A stretch of DNA of 64,000 nt from Bacteroidia bacterium (GCA_020049855.1 JAGVLJ010000016.1:5603-69602); one strand, 5' to 3'. Shown: positions 29,817-39,691, counted from the first letter of the stretch. Numbers and translations are program-made. The notes: a model not told the origin generated them from the sequence alone.

Positions 29817-30019
29817 CCTGTTGCACTACAAACTTTATAATACACAAGTTGTGGGGCATTACCCTTTGTTTTCACTAACTTAATTCGTTTGAAAGGCCTC
29901 ATTTAAATTATTCAGCAGCGGGAATGGCTGCTAACTGATGTAGCCCCACTCTGGTCAAATCAAAAATTTGAATGGTGTATTTTTCATTTGCTGAAGTGAG
30001 CCAGTTTAAGCTGAGAAAA

Positions 30020-31903
30020 TTAGTAGGCTCTGGCAGTTTTGCCCTCTATAAAATTGATAAAAGCACGGTTCACTACTTTATTGCCTCCAGGTGTTGGGTA
30101 ATTACCCGAGAAGTACCAATCACCAAGATCGAAAGGGCAGGCTATATGAAGATTTTCAATACTCTGATAAATCACTTCTACCTGAGCTCTGCACTCTTTA
30201 GGCGTAACAATGGAAGCCACTTTATTACTAAGTTCGTCATCAGTAAATAAAGCATAGAGTTGCTGCAGGTGATTTTTAATTTCCTCTTTAGGCAAATGCT
30301 CCTGTTCTTTACATCTTGCGTACGTTTCGTCAAGCAAATCTTCTTTACCACGTTCTTTTAACAAAGCAATCATAGCCTGAAAAGCTACAAACTCACTTAA
30401 TTTAGACATATCAATGCCGTAACAGTCGGGGTAACGGATTTGAGGAGCAGAAGAAACAATGATAATTTTTTTAGGATGTAGCCTGTCAAGAATTCTGATA
30501 ATGCTGGTACGTAAAGTGGTACCCCGCACAATAGAATCATCAATTACAACAAGGGTATCTTCATCGTTGTTTATAATTCCGTAGGTAACATCGTAAACGT
30601 GCGCCACCATATCTTCCCTGTGCGTATCGTCAGTAATGAAGGTACGGAGTTTTGCATCTTTCACGGCAATTTTCTCTCTTCGCGGCTTAATACTTAAAAT
30701 TTGTTTCATTTTTGCCAAATCGGGGTTGATGCCAAGTTTCAAGATTTCCTGTGCTTTGTAGTCGGTAAGATAATCATGAACCCCGTCAATTAACCCATAA
30801 AATGCAGTTGCTGCCGTATTGGGTATATAAGAAAAAACAGTATTATCTAAATCATAATTAATAGCTTTAAGAACCTTTGGCGATAGTAAATGTCCCAATT
30901 TTTTTCGTTCAAGGTAAATATCGCGGTCATTGCCTCTTGAAAAATAAATTCGTTCAAATGAGCACGATTTACGCTCGGCAGGCGGTATAATGTTTACTTC
31001 ACTTATTACCCCGGTTTTGCGAACAATAAGGGCATTCCCGGGTTGTAATTCTTTTATATCTGTAAGCCGTATATTAAATCCGGTTTGAATGGCTGGCCTT
31101 TCTGAAGTTACCACCACAATTTCATCGTCATGGTAATAATAACACGGTCTAATACCAGCAGGATCACGAACAACGAATGCATCTCCGTGCCCCATCATTC
31201 CAGCAAGGGTATAGCCTCCGTCAACTTCTTTTAAAGATCTTTTAAGGATATGTTCAATATTTAAATTTTGGGCAATGAGTGGCGAAATATCCTTGTTGCT
31301 GTAGCCTTCTTTTTTAAACTGATCAAACAATACCTGATTTTCTTCATCTAGAAAATGTCCTATTTTCTCGAGCATGGTAACGGTGTCGGCTTTTTCCCTT
31401 GGATGTTGGCCAATGTCTACCAATAATCCGAAAAGTTCATCAACATTGGTCATATTGAAATTTCCTGCCAACATCAGGTTGCGGCTCATCCAATTGTTTT
31501 CACGAATAAAAGGATGGCATTTATCTTCCGAATTTTCGCCATGAGTGCCATACCTTAAATGGCCAAGCAGCAACTCTCCGGCAAAGGGTACATTGGCCTT
31601 TAGAAAGTCGGCATCTTTATTTCCGCTTTGATTTATTTTTGCACTTATTCGGGCAAAAATATCAGCTACCGCACCACTTCCGGCCGTACGTTTTCGAAAT
31701 ACATATGGATTTCCCGGCTCGGGATCAAGTTTAATAACCCCTACTCCCGCTCCATCCTGACCGCGATTGTGTTGCTTTTCCATTAACAGGTAAAGTTTCT
31801 TCAGTCCGTACAAAGCCGACCCGTATTTTTCCTGATAAAATGATAAAGGTTTTAGAAGACGAATAAATGCGATTCCGCACTCGTGTTTGATGGCGTCACT
31901 CAT
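30020..31903 (-). CDS. purF: amidophosphoribosyltransferase (long Bacteroidetes-type)
   Basis: The N-terminal Cys (MSDAIKHECGIAF) marks an Ntn glutamine amidotransferase domain. A PRTase domain follows (VVIDDSIVRGTT). The 627-aa length matches the Bacteroidetes long form. Confidence 0.9.
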   Translation of the reverse strand: MSDAIKHECGIAFIRLLKPLSFYQEKYGSALYGLKKLYLLMEKQHNRGQDGAGVGVIKLDPEPGNPYVFRKRTAGSGAVADIFARISAKINQSGNKDADFLKANVPFAGELLLGHLRYGTHGENSEDKCHPFIRENNWMSRNLMLAGNFNMTNVDELFGLLVDIGQHPREKADTVTMLEKIGHFLDEENQVLFDQFKKEGYSNKDISPLIAQNLNIEHILKRSLKEVDGGYTLAGMMGHGDAFVVRDPAGIRPCYYYHDDEIVVVTSERPAIQTGFNIRLTDIKELQPGNALIVRKTGVISEVNIIPPAERKSCSFERIYFSRGNDRDIYLERKKLGHLLSPKVLKAINYDLDNTVFSYIPNTAATAFYGLIDGVHDYLTDYKAQEILKLGINPDLAKMKQILSIKPRREKIAVKDAKLRTFITDDTHREDMVAHVYDVTYGIINNDEDTLVVIDDSIVRGTTLRTSIIRILDRLHPKKIIIVSSAPQIRYPDCYGIDMSKLSEFVAFQAMIALLKERGKEDLLDETYARCKEQEHLPKEEIKNHLQQLYALFTDDELSNKVASIVTPKECRAQVEVIYQSIENLHIACPFDLGDWYFSGNYPTPGGNKVVNRAFINFIEGKTARAY

Positions 31904-32004
31904 GGTGAAATTTCAAAGTGCAAAAATAGCAAATATAAAATGGAATGACACATAAACTGTGGTTATAAATTAACCATGAATTAACATTTAAGAATAATTA
32001 AACC

Positions 32005-32328
32005 CTAAGGTTTCCTATCGGACTGTTTGGAGAAGGCAATAACATATTTTAGAATATAACTTTGCGAAACATTATCAAGTTTTGCCCTTGAACACATCAA
32101 CGGAATGATATTCATCCATTCCAACTCTGTATGTTCATTGGGTTTATGATATGAATGGCACTTATGGCAATTTTGCTCAAATAGTAGTTTACCCTTATTC
32201 AATTCGGCCAAAGTAACATTTGGAAAACGTTTAGCAGCCTGCACTACTTCTTGCTCGCGGGGAACGGGTAATTTGTGAACGGAACACGCCAAAGCCAGCA
32301 TTAACGACAGTAAGACAAAATATTTCAT
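32005..32328 (-). CDS. small secreted protein with CxxCH motif (putative c-type cytochrome-like)
   Basis: The signal or lipobox is MKYFVLLSLMLALAC. There is a single CHKCH heme-binding-type motif. The protein is 107 aa. Confidence 0.35.
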   Translation of the reverse strand: MKYFVLLSLMLALACSVHKLPVPREQEVVQAAKRFPNVTLAELNKGKLLFEQNCHKCHSYHKPNEHTELEWMNIIPLMCSRAKLDNVSQSYILKYVIAFSKQSDRKP

Positions 32329-32348
32329 ACGTGACTCCTAGTTAAAAA

Positions 32349-32648
32349 CTACCCCCGTTTATGTTCAGCTTTTGGGCGAATCAGTGCAAGTGCATCAATG
32401 ATAATTTCAAGTTGCTCTATTAAATCCTTATTTTCTGTTTGACAAACTACAAAAACCGGCTCAAGGGTAATAAGGTATGGGGCAGCAGCTAAAACACCTG
32501 CAATATATGCCTTCTGCAATTTCATGGCCGGCTTGCTACCCGGTTTCACTTCATTTACAATAAAAACAATATTCAGTCGATCTTTTATTTTTTTCAGACG
32601 GTTAATTCGATGGTTAATTTTCTGATCGTTCTTCTTTAATGGTTTCAT
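32349..32648 (-). CDS. hypothetical small protein (99 aa, no signal peptide)
   Basis: It is a basic N-terminus followed by a hydrophobic core (AGVLAAAPYLITLEPVFVVCQTE). The gene sits between the two CxxCH genes. Confidence 0.3.
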   Translation of the reverse strand: MKPLKKNDQKINHRINRLKKIKDRLNIVFIVNEVKPGSKPAMKLQKAYIAGVLAAAPYLITLEPVFVVCQTENKDLIEQLEIIIDALALIRPKAEHKRG

Positions 32649-32787
32649 TTAATCTACTAATATGGAGTTATTATCTAATCTAAATTAATTTTAAGAGTGC
32701 TGAAAAATAGGTAAGAAAAAATTTAGCGGTATTTTTAATAGACGAAAAGAAGTTTAACGAACTGCTTAGTAACTTACAGGTGAATCT

Positions 32788-33279
32788 TTATGAAGTTATA
32801 TGGTCAAATTTAAGCTTTTTTATCTTTTTTAAAGGCCCCGGACAATTTTCTGTATGGCATTGAATACAAGCATCAATCACTAAATTAAAGCGCTCCATTG
32901 CTTTCCCTCCCGGCTGAACCAACTCATTAAATCTTCGTTTGAACTGCCCCGCTCTAATAAAAAACTGATCAGTAAGCACGCTGGAGTCGGTGGGTTCGGC
33001 ATAAATAAAATTAACCATTTTAAACTGTCCTGTTTGCAATTCAGTTCCGCTTTCAATTTGGCCACGAATCGCCAACATTTGTTCATACATGGTACGCATT
33101 CCAACAGCCATAGGCTTCGTGTTATCTGGATACAAAGTGGTACAGGAAGACGTGGAATCATGATGTGTTAGTGAACTGTCTGCCAATAATGAAACCGTTC
33201 CGTCTCCTTTGTGCTCCGAAGTGCATGCAGCAACTACCACAAATGTGGTGAAAATACAAAAAACTACAATCCGTTGCAT
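32788..33279 (-). CDS. secreted lipoprotein with C-terminal CxxCH motif (class-II cytochrome c-like, tentative)
   Basis: The lipoprotein signal is …VVVAAC. The C-terminal CIQCH is positioned as in cytochrome c'/c556-type proteins. The protein is 163 aa. Confidence 0.4.
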   Translation of the reverse strand: MQRIVVFCIFTTFVVVAACTSEHKGDGTVSLLADSSLTHHDSTSSCTTLYPDNTKPMAVGMRTMYEQMLAIRGQIESGTELQTGQFKMVNFIYAEPTDSSVLTDQFFIRAGQFKRRFNELVQPGGKAMERFNLVIDACIQCHTENCPGPLKKIKKLKFDHITS

Positions 33280-33290
33280 AAATGAATGAA

Positions 33291-33734
33291 CTACTGAATA
33301 AGTACTCCATCAGCCTCAAAAACCAATTCAAGCTTTGGTTCTTTAATGGCATCAATGTCAGTTTGTGATTTACCAGCATCTTTTGCATAATGCTTCAACT
33401 CCTCAACCGAAGTTTCCTGCCAGCTTGCTACTCCTTCAATAACTACCGTTTTACCGGCAGTATTTTTTGGAACAAAAAACGCGTACCCTTTAAATGTGAT
33501 TCGCATCGTTTGTTCGTTACCCAAATCAATTTTCATCCAACAACCTTTTCTCTGACACACTTCCAAAATTTTGCCTGTGAGCGTTACTTTCACCTCCTTT
33601 TTACCTTGCATCATGGCCGATAACTCATTGGCCGGTGTAACCACGTCCTTTGAAACCTTTGCGCCATAATTTTGCTGAGCAAAGCCTGCTAAAGAAAATA
33701 AACTTATGAAGGTAAAAATAAATAACCGTTTCAT
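33291..33734 (-). CDS. DUF4920-domain secreted protein
   Basis: I trimmed the start to the MKRLFIFTFISLFSLAGFAQ signal peptide, because the longer ORF overlaps the helicase gene. …KILEVCQRKGCWMKI…VVIEG… is the DUF4920 core (from memory). Confidence 0.5.
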   Translation of the reverse strand: MKRLFIFTFISLFSLAGFAQQNYGAKVSKDVVTPANELSAMMQGKKEVKVTLTGKILEVCQRKGCWMKIDLGNEQTMRITFKGYAFFVPKNTAGKTVVIEGVASWQETSVEELKHYAKDAGKSQTDIDAIKEPKLELVFEADGVLIQ

Positions 33735-33750
33735 ATATACTTTTTCAAAT

Positions 33751-35604
33751 TTAATAACTGTTGTTATCTCCTCCTGACTTTCCTTTGAATTTTGAGAATT
33801 TTTCTTTTCGGCTTCCCCCAAAAGAACTGTTTTCTCCTTTGCCATGAAAGGATGACCTGCCACTTCCATTTCCTCCACCGTCTCCTCTTCCATATCCCCC
33901 ACGTCCGCGCGATTCACTCCTGTTTCCATCATTTCTTCTTCCTCCCGAAAAGCCCCCGCGCTCGCCACCCCTTTCAAATTTACGCCCCCCATCCCGTGAA
34001 CGTGATTCCTCTCCTGAAACTTCAGCTCTTATTTTGCGCCCACGGTACTGCTGATTGCGCATATTATCAATAAACTGTTCAGCAAGAGATGAACTTACTT
34101 CAACAAATGCATACGCATTTTTAATACTGATGCGGCCAATATCTGTTTTATTATAGCTTGTACAATCCATTACAAAACGGAACAATGAACCTTTATCAAA
34201 CCCATCCATAGTTCCTACACTCACAAACACGCGTGTAAAATCGCCAGAATCACGTGACGATAATTCCTTCTGATTTGCATCATAATTCAAATCAGGTGCA
34301 TTTTTATAATAATTCAGGAAACGATTAAACTCGACCGAAGCAAATTTTTTAATTAACTCTTCTTTGGTTAAAACCTGAAGTTCCTCCATTATACGTCCAA
34401 GGTATGGCTCGATGGCTGAATCATTAACTTCCACTTTATGTACGTTGTTAATAATATTGAATAATTGCTTTTCGCAAACATCAACCCCACTAGGAATAAT
34501 CTCCTTTTCAAACTTTGCTTTTGTTAATCGTTCCATCTGTTTCAGTTTCCCTACTTCTTTCGGATTAACAATAGTAATTGAAACTCCCTTCTTGCCCGCA
34601 CGCGCGGTACGTCCGCTTCTGTGGGTATAACTCTCCAATTCATCGGGAATGGAATAATTTATTACATGTGTAATGTCATTCACATCAATACCACGAGCTG
34701 CCACATCTGTTGCAACCAACAATTGCAGTGAACGCTGGCGAAAACGATTCATCACTTTATCACGCTGCTGCTGACTTAAATCTCCGTGAAGGGCATCTGC
34801 ATTGTATCCTTCGCGTATTAATTTTTCGGCAATTTCCTGTGTTTCTATTTTTGTTTGAGCAAAAATAATCCCGAAAATATCCGGCTGATAATCGATAACG
34901 CGCTTTAATGAATCAAATTTGTGATTGGCTCTGGTAATGTAATAAACGTGTTTAATATTTTCGGCTGTGGTATTTTTATGACCTACCGTTAGCTCAAAAG
35001 GGTTCGTCATAAACCGTTCTGCAATCTGACGAACTTCGCGGGGCATTGTTGCAGAGAACAACCAAACATTTTTCTCTCCGGTAACGTGAGATAGAATAAA
35101 TTCAATATCGTCACGAAAACCCATATTAAGCATTTCATCTGCTTCGTCAAGCACCACGTACCTTATGGCTGCCAGATTTATCACCTTACGCTCCATTAAG
35201 TCCATTAATCGGCCAGGAGTTGCCACAATAATTTGAGCACCCCGTTTTATTTCCGAAATCTGTCCACTTATGCTTGCTCCGCCATACACCGATACCAAAT
35301 GAGCCCCTTTAGTATGAGAAGAATATTTCTCCAAATCGCCTTTTACCTGCATACATAATTCGCGGGTAGGGCAAAGAATAAGACCCTGGGTAGTTTTTAT
35401 TGAGAAATTCAGATGATTGATCAGCGGTAAACCAAATGCTGCTGTTTTCCCGGTTCCTGTTTGGGCAAGACCCATAAAATCTCTTGTACCTGTGAGCAAT
35501 ACGGGAATTGATTGCTCCTGGATTGGCGTTGGTTGTTGAAAGCCTAACTCTTCTACTGCCTTGGCAATCTCCGGCTTCAACCCCAGCGTTGAAAATAATG
35601 TCAT
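33751..35604 (-). CDS. DEAD-box ATP-dependent RNA helicase with DbpA-type RNA-binding domain and RG/Gly-rich C-terminal tail (DeaD/CsdA-like)
   Basis: It has the Q-motif, AQTGTGKT (Walker A), DEAD, SAT and HRSGRTAR(AG) motifs. The C-terminal RRM-like DbpA domain is followed by about 90 aa of low-complexity RGG/GGS sequence. Confidence 0.9.
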   Translation of the reverse strand: MTLFSTLGLKPEIAKAVEELGFQQPTPIQEQSIPVLLTGTRDFMGLAQTGTGKTAAFGLPLINHLNFSIKTTQGLILCPTRELCMQVKGDLEKYSSHTKGAHLVSVYGGASISGQISEIKRGAQIIVATPGRLMDLMERKVINLAAIRYVVLDEADEMLNMGFRDDIEFILSHVTGEKNVWLFSATMPREVRQIAERFMTNPFELTVGHKNTTAENIKHVYYITRANHKFDSLKRVIDYQPDIFGIIFAQTKIETQEIAEKLIREGYNADALHGDLSQQQRDKVMNRFRQRSLQLLVATDVAARGIDVNDITHVINYSIPDELESYTHRSGRTARAGKKGVSITIVNPKEVGKLKQMERLTKAKFEKEIIPSGVDVCEKQLFNIINNVHKVEVNDSAIEPYLGRIMEELQVLTKEELIKKFASVEFNRFLNYYKNAPDLNYDANQKELSSRDSGDFTRVFVSVGTMDGFDKGSLFRFVMDCTSYNKTDIGRISIKNAYAFVEVSSSLAEQFIDNMRNQQYRGRKIRAEVSGEESRSRDGGRKFERGGERGGFSGGRRNDGNRSESRGRGGYGRGDGGGNGSGRSSFHGKGENSSFGGSRKEKFSKFKGKSGGDNNSY

Positions 35605-36018
35605 AAATTGTGTTTCCTAAAATGAGGCGCAAAGGTATTGAAATATATCCGTCTATCAAAGAACTTATTGAAATTCAGACATTCGGATTGTTCATCAATT
35701 GGTTTATCAGCCAATTTAGCTCGCCCTTTACTCTACGTGCCCGCCTCATTTGCACCCTTTTACTTTTTAGGAACTCAAAAAACATAACAAACAGATAAAT
35801 AATAACAAACAAAAGAAACTGAGCGACTAATACAGGGGCGAAGAAGGAAGGTACGAATGTTTCCATGTGAAAGCATTAAGAAAGTTATATGTTATCGCTT
35901 TCAAAAGAAGTAAGTATAGTTAAACAGAATGTTTCGTTCAGGTTATGTTTTAATTACCTATAAAGGTCACAAATATATTCCTGATAATCTGCCTACCCAT
36001 TTATATTTGCAGTTTAAA

Positions 36019-36960
36019 ATGAACAAAAAAACAACATATCACATTTTACTCTATTACTGTTATAGCCCAATAGAAAATGCCCAGCAATTTGCCATTGATC
36101 ATTTGGCATTTTGCAAAGAGCTAAAACTAAGAGGTAGAATAATTGTTGCCAGCGAGGGACTTAACGGAACAATAAGCGGCACCATAGAGGCTTGTGAAGT
36201 ATATAGAGCAACCATATTGGCCGATTACCGCTTTGCAAAAACCGATTTTAAGATTGATGAAAGCGACAGCCACGCTTTCCAAAAAATGCACGTAAGGTAC
36301 AAACCGGAAATTGTCCATTCGGGGCTCAGAAATCCGGAAGAGGTAAATCCGAATAGAAAAACCGGCATTCATCTAAGTGGTGAAGAATTTCAAAAATTAA
36401 AAGAAAATAAGGATGTAGTATTGATTGACGTGCGGTCAAACTACGAACATCAGGTAGGCCATTTTAAAGGAGCAATTACCCTTGATATGGAAAATTTCAG
36501 AGAGTTTCCTGAAAAAATAAAAGAGTTGGAGTACCTGAAAAATAAAAAAATAATAACCTATTGTACCGGAGGAATTAAATGCGAAAAAGCCTCTGCCCTA
36601 TTGCTCAAAGAAGGATTTAAAGACGTATTTCAGCTTCATGGCGGCATAGTGAAATATGCTAAAGAAACCGGAGGAAAAGACTTTGATGGAGTATGTTATG
36701 TGTTTGATAATAGGGTAACCATTCCTGTAAATTCGATAAATCCAACCACAGTTAGTAAATGTCATATTTGTGGGGTCTCCACTTTCAGAATGATAAATTG
36801 CGCCAACCCCGAATGTAACAATCACCTGCCGGTATGCGAAGAATGCGGATGGGATATGGATGGTGCCTGCTCAGCAGAATGTAAAGCACATCCTAAAAAA
36901 AGAACCTACAATGGCACGGGCTATTATGTTAAAAATACTGACCCGGCTCATCTTGACTGA
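36019..36960 (+). CDS. trhO: rhodanese-domain tRNA uridine(34) hydroxylase (TrhO/YceA, UPF0176 family)
   Basis: The N-terminal UPF0176 domain is followed by a rhodanese domain with the active-site Cys (ITYCTGGIKCEKAS) and a C-terminal Cys-rich tail. The start was set at MNKKTTYHILLYY. Confidence 0.75.
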   Translation: MNKKTTYHILLYYCYSPIENAQQFAIDHLAFCKELKLRGRIIVASEGLNGTISGTIEACEVYRATILADYRFAKTDFKIDESDSHAFQKMHVRYKPEIVHSGLRNPEEVNPNRKTGIHLSGEEFQKLKENKDVVLIDVRSNYEHQVGHFKGAITLDMENFREFPEKIKELEYLKNKKIITYCTGGIKCEKASALLLKEGFKDVFQLHGGIVKYAKETGGKDFDGVCYVFDNRVTIPVNSINPTTVSKCHICGVSTFRMINCANPECNNHLPVCEECGWDMDGACSAECKAHPKKRTYNGTGYYVKNTDPAHLD

Positions 36961-36965
36961 ATAAA

Positions 36966-37409
36966 ATGAATGCGCTAAAGTCAAACCTTAATCCGAAACA
37001 ATGGTTGGATTTATATGCCAACCAGCTTTTTCGTTTTGCCTAAGAACAAATCAAGCAAAAAGAAACTACCAAAGAACTTGTTCAGGAAACTTTTGTATCC
37101 GTCCTTAAAGCACTCCCAAACTTTAAGGGAAGATGTATCAAAAATGAATCGGTATATACCATTCTGAAAAATAAAATAATTGACCATCCCCGTAAAAACT
37201 CCCATTTACATAAAAACCTTTGAAACTATCAAAAAGAATACAGCTATGGCTTTGATGATTTAGGTCATTGGAAACTAGAAAGGATGAACAGAGACTGGGG
37301 AATAATTGAAAATGATGTGCGGCTGGATAAAGAGTTTAGGGAAGGCTCGCATTGTGCCAAAATAACTGACCGAAATACAGAATGCGGTCGTTGCACTGAA
37401 ATAGATTGA
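36966..37409 (+). pseudogene. ECF sigma-70 factor gene interrupted by two in-frame stop codons (TAA about 37041, TGA 37221)
   Basis: In-frame translation gives MNALKSNLNPKQWLDLYANQLFRFA*EQIKQKETTKELVQETFVSVLKALPNFKGRCIKNESVYTILKNKIIDHPRKNSHLHKNL*NYQKEYSYGFDDLGHWKLE.... This is the sigma-70 region-2 pattern (DLVQETF...L..F.G.S..TWLY.I..N.IID..RK). The region-4 part is degenerate. Confidence 0.5.
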
Positions 37410-37539
37410 TGGAACAAACTCGAATTAAATTTGCAAGAAATTAACTATTTCATCGTCTAATTATAGGGTAATTATGCACCGCGCAAAACTTATCCTTCGG
37501 GCATTTATCCAAAATAACTGACTAAACGATAATGCCTAT

Positions 37540-37770
37540 ATGAAACTGAAAATAACTTGTAGGGGAGGTAGCTTTCTGGTAACAAAAAGCAAGGAGTATC
37601 GGCTTACATATGGCGAAAAAATAAGGATGACCCTTCACCTGCTTATTTGCAAATGTTGCTGCTTGTTTAAACATCAAAATAAAATACTTGATAAAGCACT
37701 ATCTGTAAATATCTACCTTGATCAATTAACCGATTCAGAAAAGGAAAAAGTTAAGCAATTAATAGGCTAA
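37540..37770 (+). CDS. short zinc-finger (zf-HC2/ZAS-type) anti-sigma factor-like protein
   Basis: Its 76 aa carry ITCRGGSFLV...HLLICKCCCLF, the H..C..C arrangement of ZAS anti-sigma N-terminal domains. It sits immediately downstream of the disrupted ECF sigma gene. Confidence 0.4.
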   Translation: MKLKITCRGGSFLVTKSKEYRLTYGEKIRMTLHLLICKCCCLFKHQNKILDKALSVNIYLDQLTDSEKEKVKQLIG

Positions 37771-37844
37771 TTGGTATTTTCCTAGCGCGATAGTGCCCTG
37801 AAGCAAATTAAAAAAAACGACAACCTATCTCCATATATTTGTGT

Positions 37845-38722
37845 ATGGCAAAAACAAAAATTATAGGTAGCAGCGAACTCGTATTAAATAAAGACGGATC
37901 CATTTATCACTTACATTTATTACCTGAAGATATTGCTGATATAGTATTTTTAGTGGGCGACCCTGCCAGAGTTAAAAAAGTATCAAATTACTTTGATCGC
38001 ATTGAACTGAAAAAGCAAAAGAGAGAATTCGTAACTCACACCGGATATATAGGAAAAAAAAGGCTCTCTGTTCTTTCTACAGGAATTGGAACTGATAATA
38101 TTGATATTGTAATGAACGAACTTGATGCTTTAGTCAACATTAACTTAAAAGCACGCCTGCCAAATAAAAAAACAAAATCATTGCAGTTAATCAGACTTGG
38201 TACCTCGGGAGCACTGCAAAAAGATATTCCAATAGATTCAATGGTGGTTTCAACTCACGGTTTGGGTTTTGATGGGCTTTTAAATTATTACTTGCTCAAA
38301 TATAAAAAAAAGAAAAAGCTTTACTTCATTCGTTTAATAAATACTTTAACAATGAGCACCTGTTCCCAAAAACTTACCTTGCAAAAGCAAATAAGGAATT
38401 GCTTTCGAAATTGAGTAAAAATCAAATTACCGGAATCACGGCTACCTGTTCCGGTTTTTATGGGCCGCAAGGACGCACTATAAGAGCACCCTTGAAAAAG
38501 TATGATTTGATTGATATACTCGCAGCCTTTCGCCACGGACAAAGCATCATCACGAATTTCGAAATGGAAACATCTGCCATCTATGGCTTAGCTTCAGTTT
38601 TTGGCCATCAAGCCTGCTCGGTAAATGCTATTATTGCTAACAGGCCTAATAAAGTTTTCAGCTCCAATGCGGATAGAAGTGTTGACCGAATGATTAAAAC
38701 GGTAATTGACTTGCTATTGTAG
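37845..38722 (+). pseudogene. nucleoside phosphorylase (PNP/UDP family 1; uridine-phosphorylase-like) disrupted by a frameshift in a poly-A tract
   Basis: ORF 37839-38414 matches the Udp/DeoD N-terminal two thirds (YHLHL..DIADIVFLVGDPARV...STGIGTDNIDIVMNEL...IRLGTSGAL). The next frame (open from 38339) matches the C-terminal third (TATCSGFYGPQGR...EMETSAIYGLA). The frames switch around aaatataaaaaaaagaaaaag at 38296-38316. Confidence 0.65.
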
Positions 38723-38733
38723 CAGAACACATC

Positions 38734-39666
38734 TTATTGGCTGTTCAATATTTGTAATAACTCATCTAATTTAGGAGTTAAAATAATCTCTGTTCTCCTG
38801 TTTTTCTTACGTGCTTCAGCTGTTTTCGCAGAAGCTACCGGATAAAACTCCCCGCGGCCTGCAGCAACAAAACGTTTAGGGTCAACCCGTCCTTCAACCG
38901 TTAAAATTTTAACTATATTAGTGGCTCTAAGAACACTCAAATCCCAATTGTCTTTAATAACACCTCCGCTAATCGGTACATCATCTGTATGACCTTCCAC
39001 CAGTACATTTACATCCTTTTCTTTATTTAGTGCTTCTGATAGCTTAAGCAAAGCTTCTTTTCCCTTTTCATCCACTTCAATTTTCCCCGATTTAAAAAGC
39101 AATTGCTCCTCAAGTGAAACATATACTTTCCCGTTTCTTATCTCAACAGTAAGACCTTTATCTTTAAAACCCAATAAAGCATTGCCAATATTCGCCTTTA
39201 ATGCCCTTACAGCCGAATCCTTTGCATTTAGTACACTTTGTAATTCATTAATCTTTGCCTGTGAAACTTTGAGATTATCTTCTTGTGCATCCAAATCTTT
39301 CTGCTTCGCGCTAAGTTTTGCATCCAGATCTTTTAAACTGGCAAGCATCTTTTTCTGTTCCACTTCACTCATTTTGCTAAAGTCCCTGAATTTCTCATCC
39401 AGTTCCTGCATGGATTTGGTAGTTCTCGACAAAAGTGTAGCTAACTCTGTTGAATCAACCCTTAGATTTTTAACTTGTGATTCCAGCGAATTAGCCATAT
39501 TGGTTAATGAATCAGTAGAGGACAAAGCCTTTTCCAACCGATCTTTACATTCGGCATTACTTTTCTCGAGTTCCTTCTTGGTAAACTCCAGCGCATCATA
39601 TTTTTTTCGCGAAACGCAGCCAGTAAATACTACTACTGCAGCCAAAGCAATCATCAGCTTTTTCAT
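38734..39666 (-). CDS. OmpA-family lipoprotein with N-terminal coiled-coil (MotB/OmpA C-terminal peptidoglycan-binding domain)
   Basis: The lipobox is …VVFTGC. A coiled coil of about 150 aa precedes a C-terminal OmpA_C domain (VNVLVEGHTDDVP...NWDLSVLRATNIVKIL...RFVAAGRGEFYPVASAKTAEARKKNRRTEIIL). Confidence 0.8.
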   Translation of the reverse strand: MKKLMIALAAVVVFTGCVSRKKYDALEFTKKELEKSNAECKDRLEKALSSTDSLTNMANSLESQVKNLRVDSTELATLLSRTTKSMQELDEKFRDFSKMSEVEQKKMLASLKDLDAKLSAKQKDLDAQEDNLKVSQAKINELQSVLNAKDSAVRALKANIGNALLGFKDKGLTVEIRNGKVYVSLEEQLLFKSGKIEVDEKGKEALLKLSEALNKEKDVNVLVEGHTDDVPISGGVIKDNWDLSVLRATNIVKILTVEGRVDPKRFVAAGRGEFYPVASAKTAEARKKNRRTEIILTPKLDELLQILNSQ

Positions 39667-39691
39667 AAAATCATTTATTTAATTAGAATAC

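Noticed and set aside
29817-30019. Possible terminator hairpin (cagcagcggga…gctgcta) between the TPR gene and purF
   Set aside because: The stem is imperfect, the free energy is likely weak, and there is no adjacent U-run. It is not convincing.
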